DNA of 64,000 bases from Azolla caroliniana. Taxonomy: Eukaryota > Plantae > Polypodiophyta. The notes beneath the pieces are model-generated. The model searched no databases, was not told where the DNA came from, and worked only from the letters and a program-made list of their open reading frames with translations. Every line of letters begins with the position of its first letter. Position 1 is the first letter of the stretch. The position numbers and the translations under genes are program-made. The stretch lies in assembly GCA_043228905.1 (NCBI GenBank), contig JBHGNT010000016.1, positions 17,918,001 to 17,982,000 of the forward strand. Direction: 5' to 3'. Of the stretch, positions 13,951 to 24,178 are shown in pieces.

Positions 13951-14825
13951 ACAATAATATGTTCATTAACAAAGTACGATTTCTCTAGCCATGAGCTCTC
14001 CTTCTCCTTTAATAGGTTTCAAGAGCCTACTTACCAAAATGGTAGTTTTTTTTTTGTAGTACTTGACTTTGATTTTCTTATTCCATGGATCCCTATATTT
14101 TATAGGTTGTATATCATCTTTTTCCCTTTTGTTATGCTTAAGGTGATTCAAACCCTATATCTTATCACTCTAAAACTTAGCTCTTGCCAATTGACCTTGA
14201 TTTTTCTTATTGCATGCATCGCTATATTTTATAGGTTGCATATCATCTTTTACCCTTTTGTTATGCTTAAGGTGATTCATCACTCTAAATAAAAGTTAGC
14301 TCTTGTCAACTCAGCTATATTTCTGTATTATATTTTGTTGAACCCTTTCAGTATTTGACCATAACCTTAACCTACTATAAATTTAAGTTTTAGGCACTTC
14401 TCTCCATTATGCATGCCATGCCTCAACTTTGTGGGGATGCCACAAGTGTTACATGTGTGATTAAGCATGTGTAATGAGCATTGAATCCACCTAGGAATTT
14501 GTTTTATTTTATTAGCCTAACAATATAATTTGTCCTAGACATTTATTTATGTCCTCATTTGAGATCATAAATAACTAATGACCATAGAGACTAAACAAGT
14601 AAACTACACATACCTTTTGTGTTGCTAATAAGCCAGGTGAAGGACACACCTTTTTGTTCCCAATCCAGTGCTTTCACTGTTCACCCATAACATTAAAACT
14701 AAGAAGCCATACCCTAATAAGCTAGTAGTGATCCTTGTGAACTTGGGGTACATGGTTCAAATCCTAAAATGAGACAATGGGGTTCTCGAAGGATACTTCT
14801 AATTACACATGTGCATGTGTTTAAC

Positions 14826-15850
14826 ATGCAAGCATTGACATAACAATAACGTAAATTGCTTGTATTCACCATGTCAGCATCCATCACCACATGATGGTAA
14901 AGTTGATGCTTGTAGTAATGCAGTTCGCATGGTCGTGACTGGTTGGAGAAGTTTATAAGCCAAATTAGTTGTAACTTTCACAAACTATCATAGCATTAGC
15001 AAGCTTATCATGTCTCTGATTTTGGTTACCATGCAAGCATAGACATACCAATGGACATTGCTTGTGGTCACCATGTCTGCATGCATACCCACACGATGAT
15101 TCGTAGTGATGGGTTGGGGAAGTGTCGAAGTCTAGTGAGTTGTAGCACTCGTAAACTATCGTAGCAGTAGCAAACTTATCATGTCTCCAATCGTGGTTAA
15201 CATGCAAACATCAACATAACAAACACAAATTGCTTGTATTCACCATGTCGGCATCCATCACTTGGTGATGATCAAGTCGGTGTTGCAGTAACACGAGTCC
15301 ACTTGGTAGTTATGGGTTGGGGAAGTGTATAAGCCTAGTTAGTCGTGGAAATCGTAAAGTATTGTAGCATCAACAATCTTATCATGTCTCCAATTGTGGG
15401 TACCATGAAAGCATCGACATAACAAACACAAATTGCTTGTCGTCACAATGTCAGCATCCATCACTACGCGATGATCAAGTCAGTGTTGCAGTAACACGGG
15501 TCCACTTGGCAATGATGGGTTGGGGAAGTGTATAAGCCTAGTTAGTCATGGCATTCGTAAACTATCGTAACATTAGCAAGCTTATAGTGTCTCCAAATGT
15601 GGTTACCAAGCAAGCATCGACATAACAAGCACAAATTTCTTGTGGTCACCATGTCAATAGCATCCATCACATCCATCACAACACAATGATCAAGTAGCAT
15701 CCATCACAGCACAATGATCAAGTTGTTGATGAAGTAACGGGGTCCACTTGGCCGTGAATGGTTCGAGAAGTGTATAAGCCTAGTTAGTCGTGGCATTCGC
15801 AAACTATCCTAACATTAGCAAGCTTATCATGTCTCCAAATTGTGGTTAAA
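14826..15850. repeat. Tandem repeat, ~203-bp unit, about 5 diverged copies
   Basis: Unit start CATGCAAGCATCGACATAAC... recurs at ~14825, 15029, 15201, 15404 and 15607. Confidence 0.85.
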
Positions 15851-17055
15851 CATTACCTTGGTTTGGAAAAGGGGGGGTGGGCCTATTCTTGTGAATAAGA
15901 AGGAGAAGGGGGGCAGTTCTCATCAGAAATTCGTCTCCCAGAAGAGAAATTCATCAGAAACATGAAGACCCAAGATGAAGATGCTGATGATGAAGAGAAC
16001 GACAGCCCAAAGGGCTTCCAATTCTGGTGTCAGATTTGATCAAGTATGTCTTTGAAGTGTAAGAAAATTGTTTTTGTATTTCTTTTTTTTAACATTGAAG
16101 GGTTTTCCGTTTTCTTTCTCTTTGTAGGGTTTACTTCTTTTCTTTATTTCAAAGTCTGGTAGAATGAGACAGACATGTTTTAATTTTTCTTTTAGGGTTT
16201 ATTTTATGGGGTACTTAGGCAGATACAGGTTTTTTTATATTATTTTTACTGTTTCTTGGGATTTGTTATTATTTGTTTTTGGGTTTTGCTACATTCTTTC
16301 TTTCAATTGTGGTCTAATTTGACTGAGGGTTTTTGTTAGGGTTTTAGTTTTTCTTCTCTCATAGATGTTATGTAAATAGGCTGTTAGGGCGAGCACTCAA
16401 TTCTTATGTAATGAGACTGGGTATTTACAGATTTCTGTGTTTTCACGTAGGGATCATCTTTAACTCATCGTGTAGCTTTTAAATCTTGTTAGAAAGGATT
16501 TTAACTGATAAAACAGAGACAGTTTTAGGTTTTCATTCTCCTTTTTAATGAATTTGGGTCTTCTTAATGTGGTCTCCTTTGATGAAGTTGGGTCTTGTGG
16601 ATGTTTTTTTATTTGATCTTCTCTTGAGGAATTGGGTGTCCATGTTTTGATAAATTTGGATATTCAAGATTTTGTCTTCTTTTGATTGGATTTGGGTTTT
16701 TCGGATTGATTTGATTTGATGAATTGGGTCTTCTTGATTCAATAAATTCTTTTGATGAGTTGGTTAATTGTTTGATCTTTTTCTTCTTTCTCCCTTGTGG
16801 GCATTCAGGGAAAACTTTCTTCAACAGTCAGAAAACAAACATTTTAACATATACGAGAACTCAGTAAGTGAATGCCAGGCCTTGCAATGGGCTCAATAGG
16901 TGTAACTCAAACATGATGTACCATGAAAGGCTGTAAACATCCTAAGAGCATGATTCCCACGTTGTGGATTTGGGTCTAACATTACAAAAGTCTTCACATT
17001 GTAAGGAAATACGAGCTGCATATAAACATTCTAATGAGAACACAAGTTGGCTCTT

Positions 17056-17680
17056 TCCCATGTCTAGAACTTCTCATGTATTGTTTTAGCATATACATAA
17101 CCTTAGGAATCAATAGGCCAGTGATGGAGCCATGTGTTCATGGACGGCTATCTCATTGTAAACAATATGGATAGGTTCACATGGTTTGGACATTTAAAGT
17201 TAGAACTTCATGAATCTTTTCCATGTCTAGAACATTTTGTATATTATTGTGATCATATGTAAACCGTTCGGAATCAATATGCCAGTGATTGACCCATTTG
17301 TTTATGGATAGCTATGTCGTGGTTTGGACATTTAAAGCTAGAACTTCATGAAACTTTTCCATGTCTAAAACTTTTCATATATTGTTATGAGCATATACAT
17401 GACCATTTGGAAACAATAGCTCAGTGATTGACCCATTTTTTCATGGATGGCTATGTCATTTTGAGAATTGTGGATAGCTACGTATGGTTTGGAAGTAGAG
17501 CTAGATCTTTGTGAATCTTTCCCATGTCTACAAATTCTCATGTATTATATGAGCATCTACATAACCGTTTGGAATCAATAAGCCAGTGATTGACGCATTT
17601 GTTCGTGGATGGCTATGTTTTTGTGAACAATCTGGATGGCTACCCATAGTTTGGATATGCAAATCTAGAACCTCATGAAT
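17056..17680. repeat. Tandem repeat, ~140-165-bp unit, 4 diverged copies, just upstream of the PPR ORF
   Basis: TTTCCATGTCTAGAAC...CCAGTGATTGACCCATT...CATGGATGGCTATG recurs at ~17056, 17218, 17356 and 17519. Confidence 0.85.
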
Positions 17681-17876
17681 CGCAGTAGCTACCTACTGTG
17701 AGTCTCTTCCTTATTTCAGTTATTACATCTACTGGTAAATCTGGCTGAGTACATCGAGAGAACCTTTGTCTGAACGCAGATTAGGGTTTCATGGTATATA
17801 AGGTGTTAGCTACCAGAGGATATATAAGCGCACAATCTTCTCCAGGATTTCTGAAATGGTTTTGTGATCTTTAAAG

Positions 17877-20693
17877 ATGCTTCCTACACCATATAAAGTG
17901 GGGAAAAGTTATATAACCATGGATAGAAAAATGGAAGATTTGTGTGAGAAGGGTTTCTTGCAAGAAGCCCTTCAACTTGTATGGATTCACGATGAACGAC
18001 AAGGGTGGCAAGTTTCACATGCTATGCTTTATTTGATGCTACAAAAGTGCACAAAAAAGCAAGATTTGGGTGTAGGAAAGCAAGCCCATTGTTTGGTTGT
18101 GAAAAACGGCCTCCAATTTGAACCATATCTGCACAGGCTGTTGATCCGGATGTATGCATTGTGTGGCTCTATGTCCGATGCCGATCGTGTTTTTCGCCAA
18201 CATCAAGAACCGGACATCTTTGCATGGACTGAAATAATCTCTATGAATGCAAGGATCGGACAAAATGAGCAAGCTATAAAGTTATACGAACAAATGCAGG
18301 TATTTGACATCTTGCCCGATGGCCATGTCTATGTTATGGCTCTTAAGTGCTGTATTGGAGCAAGAGACATTAAAAGAGGCAAGTTGATCCATGCACAGAT
18401 CATAGAAAATGATATGGAATCGGATGGCTTTGTACGGAATATGTTGATTGATATGCATGCCAAATTGGGGACCCTACACGATTCTCGAAATTTGTTTGAA
18501 AAATCCTCTTTGAAATGCGATGTGATTGCACATGGTGTGATTATAGGAGGGTATTTGGAGAATGGACTACCGACACAAGCAATGCAAGTTTTTGGCCAAA
18601 TGCAACAACGAGGTGTGAAACCAGATCGAGTCATTATCTTGTCCACCCTTAAGGCTATTTCGACCCTAGAATGTCTTCACGAAGGGAGGTTGTTGCATAT
18701 TCTCATTCTCATTAATGGTTTTGACTCTGAAATCTCTGTATTGAACACTCTCATCGATATGTATGTAAAATGTGGGAGTTTGGGAGATGCAAAGAGAGTG
18801 TTTGATCGGTCATGGAAGCTTCACGACCTCGTGACATGGAATGTCATGATTTCTGGCTTGGTTATGTTCAGACACGACGAGGATGTTTATTGGCTCTATG
18901 GGGAGCTTCTTTGCAATGGTTTTTCACCAAGCCACATTACAATCATGAATGTGCTAAAGGCATGCCCTATTGGAGGCAGCTCATATGAGGGGAGATGGAT
19001 ACATTCTGATGTTGTGGAGTCAGGGCTCGACTCTCATGTATTAGTTGGTAATGGTCTTATTGAGATGTATACCAGATGCAACCAAATTGAGGATGCCGAA
19101 TCTGTTTTTCAGAACTTATCAGAAAAGAATGTGGTGTCTTGGAATGCAATAATTTCTCGATATGCAAACAACAATCAAGGAGGAGATAACACGCAAGTAT
19201 TTAAGGAAATGTTGCATGTTGGCATGGAACCAAACACAGCCACATTTATTAGCATTTTGAAGTCTTATTCTAGAGTAAAGGACCTTTGGCAAGGAAAAAT
19301 TATTCATTGTCATGTGAGGGAGCTTGATGCCGGGTGCGATTTACTAGTGATGAACACTGTGATGGACATGTATATGAACTGTGGAAGCTTTGTGGATGCA
19401 TTTCAGGTGTTCAAAGGAATGGAGAGCAAGGACATTACTACATGGAATATAACAATTGCTAGGTGTATTGAGCATGGGTATCATGAGAAGATTTGTGACC
19501 TTTTTCGACAAATGCAAGAGGAAGGAATGGAGCCAGACGCAATTACATATAGTTGTATGTTGAAAATGGAATCTGTGATTGGAGCTGCCCAAGAAGGTAA
19601 ATCATTGCATTTCCTCATCACATTCTTCAACTACGAGTTGAATAATATCATTGGCAATAACCTTATCCATATGTATTCCAAGCATGGGAGCGTAGGTGAA
19701 GCTTGGCATGTGTTCATGAACATATCTAAAGATGACATTATCACATGGAATGTGATGCTAGAAGGATATATCTTGAATGGATCATATGAAAGAGCATGTG
19801 AAGTTTTCGAGCAATTGCGACAAAGAGGGATTGTGCCTGATCGAGCGACGTGGATTTCTCGGCTTAAGGTCGTCTCAGGTGGGGCTGCCTTGCACCAAGG
19901 CAAGATTATTCACACCCAAATAAGAGAGAGTCTATATGCACATGATATTCTCCTTGGAAATAGCCTCCTTGATATGTATGGGAAGTGTGGGAGTCTTGAT
20001 GGTGCATTTGACATCTTCTATGAATTGGCGCAACCCGATGTGGTCATATGGTGCTCGATGATCACATTATGCGCAAAATTTGGATGTCATGGTATGGCTT
20101 TGCATTATTTCAAGGAGATGCAACGACAAGGGGTTAGACCTACTGATGTAACATTCAGTGCCCTTTTATCTTCTTTTGGTCATGTTGGCCGAGATGAGTT
20201 TCCTGAATTTAACTCCATTATGGAAGAGCACAATATTATTTCTCCGACACTTGGCCAATATAACTCTGTGGTAGATCTTTTAGGTAGGGTTGGACGGTTG
20301 GGCGATGCCTTTGATTATCTGAAGATGTTTCCGTTTCAATCGAATCTTGTTGGTTGGACATCTTTGCTTAGCCATTGTAGAGTTCATGACAATTTGGATC
20401 TAGCCAAGCTATGCTTTGATCATCTATCTAACACGTGTTCGGAGAAAGCTGCATGGTATGTACTTATGGCTGATATGTATTCTCAAAAAGGCATGATGGA
20501 GAATGCATATGAGCTAGAAGAACTTAGGAAGTCTGGAAGTCTATGGAAAACACCAGGAAAGGCCATGATTGAGGTCAACAATGGTGTGCATGAGTTCATA
20601 GGTGGAAATACACACTTTCTTATCGATGGTATCTGGACAAAGCTAAAGAGGCTTGGCCTTGAGATTAAAGAACAAGGCTATGTGCCTCTTTAA
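17877..20693 (+). CDS. PLS-class pentatricopeptide repeat protein with E1/E2 motifs and a truncated DYW N-terminal segment (organellar RNA-editing factor family), 938 aa, intronless
   Basis: About 20 PLS motifs (LIDMYVKCGSLGDAKRVF, WNVMISG, LLDMYGKCGSLDGA). S2/E1/E2 region (VVDLLGRVGRL...WTSLLSHC...YVLMADMY), then KTPGKAMIEVNNGVHEF...GYVPL-stop. Confidence 0.95.
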   Translation: MLPTPYKVGKSYITMDRKMEDLCEKGFLQEALQLVWIHDERQGWQVSHAMLYLMLQKCTKKQDLGVGKQAHCLVVKNGLQFEPYLHRLLIRMYALCGSMSDADRVFRQHQEPDIFAWTEIISMNARIGQNEQAIKLYEQMQVFDILPDGHVYVMALKCCIGARDIKRGKLIHAQIIENDMESDGFVRNMLIDMHAKLGTLHDSRNLFEKSSLKCDVIAHGVIIGGYLENGLPTQAMQVFGQMQQRGVKPDRVIILSTLKAISTLECLHEGRLLHILILINGFDSEISVLNTLIDMYVKCGSLGDAKRVFDRSWKLHDLVTWNVMISGLVMFRHDEDVYWLYGELLCNGFSPSHITIMNVLKACPIGGSSYEGRWIHSDVVESGLDSHVLVGNGLIEMYTRCNQIEDAESVFQNLSEKNVVSWNAIISRYANNNQGGDNTQVFKEMLHVGMEPNTATFISILKSYSRVKDLWQGKIIHCHVRELDAGCDLLVMNTVMDMYMNCGSFVDAFQVFKGMESKDITTWNITIARCIEHGYHEKICDLFRQMQEEGMEPDAITYSCMLKMESVIGAAQEGKSLHFLITFFNYELNNIIGNNLIHMYSKHGSVGEAWHVFMNISKDDIITWNVMLEGYILNGSYERACEVFEQLRQRGIVPDRATWISRLKVVSGGAALHQGKIIHTQIRESLYAHDILLGNSLLDMYGKCGSLDGAFDIFYELAQPDVVIWCSMITLCAKFGCHGMALHYFKEMQRQGVRPTDVTFSALLSSFGHVGRDEFPEFNSIMEEHNIISPTLGQYNSVVDLLGRVGRLGDAFDYLKMFPFQSNLVGWTSLLSHCRVHDNLDLAKLCFDHLSNTCSEKAAWYVLMADMYSQKGMMENAYELEELRKSGSLWKTPGKAMIEVNNGVHEFIGGNTHFLIDGIWTKLKRLGLEIKEQGYVPL

Positions 20694-21470
20694 ATCAAAC
20701 TCTTTCGCTCTCCCTAAATTACAAATTAGGGCTCAAAGAGAAAGTTGTACAAACACCGAAAAGCTTGAAACCAATGGCCACAATAGGCTAGGTGAATAGC
20801 ACACATGTATAAGCATTTATGTTTTCACAACATTATCAACTACAATCTTGTACCCTAAATTTCCAAATATTATTGCTCATTGTCATCTACATCATAGTAT
20901 ATGAACCATACGTAGCATACGTGCATTCACATTCAAGTATGTTTCGATCATTCGAGTATAGTAAACACCCTCAAAGTATGGTAAATACCACACTTTTGTT
21001 TCATTATTTACTATAAGGTAAAAAAGTGAGAAAAAAAATTAAAAATGATAGAAAAAAACGTAAGTATGTTCTCATACATACACAGTCATTTGCAAATGTA
21101 TGAAAACGAATGTTTGAGCTGAAGAATGTGAATACTACGTTCTATGATATGCATCATTCATGCAGTGGAAAACCATCATATAAATTGGTAAGTTATTTAT
21201 AACATATGAAGGGCATAACAAAAAGAAATATAATCTTACAACACGTTGTACTCAATTTTTTATAAGAAATGCCAAAATATGCACCCAAAAAAATTTGATA
21301 ATAGAAGAAACCATTAAAAAACGGATGGGCCAAGAATGAGGGTTGCAAAGGAAAGGAATAGACACGAGCTCTTCCAGATCATTCTAAAACTAATAAAATC
21401 TTCGAAACCAAAAAAGAAAAATACATTACAATCTGGAAGGTCAAGAATTAAGGTAAGCTATTGGTGTAAG

Positions 21471-22004
21471 TATCATCTCTTCTTTGGAGATACACTTTCG
21501 ATTACTTCATGGGAATCGGGTCAAGAAATCGTGGTTACGTAGGAAGGAAAGATAGGGCCGAACATGCTGACTTACTATGAAACTGGCCGGCCACAACCGG
21601 ACTTACGGTTTAAAACTCAAATAGAACGAGCACAAAGATTACTTAATTGACACCAAAACATTGACCCAAGAACGTATGTGTTATAGCTTTACTACCACAA
21701 AGTATGATTACACAACTCACGGCCAGTAGACCAACTATATATTAAGTCCTCTCTCTTATACAACGTATACAGATCTCTCCCTCTATGCCGCACACCCCCT
21801 TCCTACTGCTGGTGCTTGCTTTTATAGTTTCTGTTTCGTCTCGGCGCGCTCTAACCACTCTTGTTTTCAACCTCCATTCTCGGTTGGGCGTATTTCGTTT
21901 ATCTACCCCCCTTCATACTCGGTCGATACTCCTTTTCACCTACTTTACCTACTCGTTTCTTTAGATTCGTTTCACACTTTATGCCCTTTGTCCCACGGAT
22001 AACA
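21471..22004 (-). repeat. 3' LTR of gypsy element C (534 bp)
   Basis: Direct repeat of 34895-35095 plus 35862-36195. Minus-strand TATAAAAG at ~21819-21826. Confidence 0.9.
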
Positions 22005-22109
22005 CCTGGCACGCTTGTGGGACAGTGTCTTGCACGTCAAACCCCAAAGCAAAACTTCCAAAATAGAGATCGAAATGCGATTTAACCGAAAAACTTTGCT
22101 AGGGTAGCC

Positions 22110-23760
22110 TCATTCTTCTTCCAAAATTGCGAGAATGTCCTTTGATTGTGGTTGTGTCGGTGTTGGAGGTGGTTCTTCATATGTGAGCTCATGGGTGTGT
22201 AACTCGGCTGATATATCTAGTTGTTGGTCTTGAGTCTCCTTCGTGGATTTTGGAACTGTTGCCTCCGGATGTGGTTCGGTGATTGGGGCATCCACTTGTT
22301 CGGTTTCTACTCTCAGTCGTGGTTCCTCTTCTTTTTTCGGTGCCCGTGTGACTTCCTTGATTATATTGGCCATTGATGCTTGTGCGGCGACTTTTGCTTC
22401 CTTTTCAGTGAGGAGGCGCTCGCATTCATAGGCTTCTGCATCTAGTCTCGACAACATTTGATTTAGCTGTATTCGGTGTTTGGCCACTAAGGCTTTGATT
22501 CGTGCTTCATCTATTTCATATTTGGCTCGGAGGATGTTCAAGTCGTCTTGAGCTTTTGCCGCGTCCTATTCGAACGTGGCTTTGAGGATCACACACGATG
22601 TTGTAATGTTGGCGAGTTGGGATTCCAGCTTCTACGTATGCAGGTCGTAGCGTTGGAGGAGTCGATCCGAATTATCGGCTAACTCCTGCATATAATGGTG
22701 TTGTTGTTGTTCAAGTTCTAGGGTCGTGGAGATTTGCAACTGGTGAAGGGATTCCGCCAACGCTACTCGTTGCTTCTCGGTTTTGTCTTACTAGTGAAGG
22801 AACCAACTTGAGCGGATCTGGAGTTCCGAAAGTTCACTTTTCAAGGAGTCAATTTCTTCCGAGTGTTGATGAGATGCCCGTTGATGGATGCTCTTCCTCT
22901 GCTTCCACTAATTTTGCTGTTGCGAGGTCCTGCACAGCCTTGAGAGTCGTGACGATGTTCTTTTCTGTTGTCTAGAGCTAGGTCGTTCGGGCGTCAAGTA
23001 AGTGTTGGAGGTCGGCTTCACGTTTTGCTGCTTGTTTCTTCAGGTGATCGGTTTCGGATTTAGCTGTTTCATAATGCTCCTTGGCCTTGTCAGCAATCGC
23101 CGCTTGGACCGTGATCTCCTCTTCTTGGTTGCGGTTTGGCCCTTCTGCCGTAACCGAGTCAGTGGGTTCGTCGGTTTGTGTGGACACATCCATAGGCTCG
23201 AGGGGGTTGGTCGTATCCATTTGGATGGACAAGTTGACGGGGTTGGACACCAGGGTGGTACGGTGAGGAGGTTGGGTTCGCCTATTTCGTGGAGTCGTTG
23301 TTGAAGTTCAGTCAGGTGGCTTTCCAAGGCCTGCCATAACTCTGTGGTCGTTTTCACTTGTTTGCGCGCCTCTTTGCTGCTGATAGCTATATCTTTGGCC
23401 ATGCAGGTAGCTTTTTCCAATTCTCTGTAAACTTCGACCAACGCTGTGTTGAGCTCTAGTAGCTCGATGTGTGCTCAACGTTTTTTGGTGATGCGCCTGC
23501 ATCCAACTTTCTGTAGCTTTGGCTCGTCATCGGATTCGAGCTTGTTGGCTAATGCCCGCTCGACAATTTGTTGTTCAACATGATCCTGAGCCATTCGAGT
23601 CGCGGCCACAACTTGGAGGTGAGTAAGGAAGTCGATAAGCTCGTATGCTATGCCATGTTGCAAGATCGCACTGAGCTCATAAGATTCTACGAGCAAGTCT
23701 TTGAAGGTCATGACCTCTTCTTCCGGAAGTTGAGAATGTTGCCCTTGCTCGATCTGTCCA
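22110..23760 (-). pseudogene. Disrupted extra ORF of element C (coiled-coil protein of unknown function) between integrase and 3' LTR
   Basis: Consecutive minus-strand fragments 23475-24113, 23040-23441, 22978-23250 and 22110-22541 give E/K/Q/A/L-rich heptad-like sequence broken by frameshifts and stops. Confidence 0.65.
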
Positions 23761-24178
23761 GTTGAAAGAAACGGGGAGTAAGAAGGAACTTTTGTGCAGA
23801 AAGTTCGAAGGCTGGAGAACGTTTGAGCAAAAGGCGAGAGAGCTTGAGGGCTTTGTGTGTTTGTGTGGAAGTGAGTGCTCGGTCTGTGGTGGCCCCCTTT
23901 TTGTATGTGCCTCGGTTTGCGAGACGTGGCCTTGTGCCCTAGCTTCAAAATCATTCTTGCCATAATACGAGTTAAGACCAAGCGTCTTAGGAACCGTTTG
24001 TACTTTCTTTTCTCGTGTGGCGTGCATGTTCTTAAATAGTTAGTGGGTCTCTTTTTAATCTTTTCTTTTTTAAATAGTATACAATTTCGGGCGTTAGGTA
24101 GAGTAATTATCATGATTGAGGCGAGATGCCCTCGAAATCCTCCGTTTCACCTACCGTCGACTGGTCGTGGCCATCTTG

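Noticed and set aside
14065-14285. ~90-bp local duplication and 118-aa hydrophobic ORF (13936-14292)
   Set aside because: AT-rich slippage duplication; the ORF composition reflects T-richness rather than coding.
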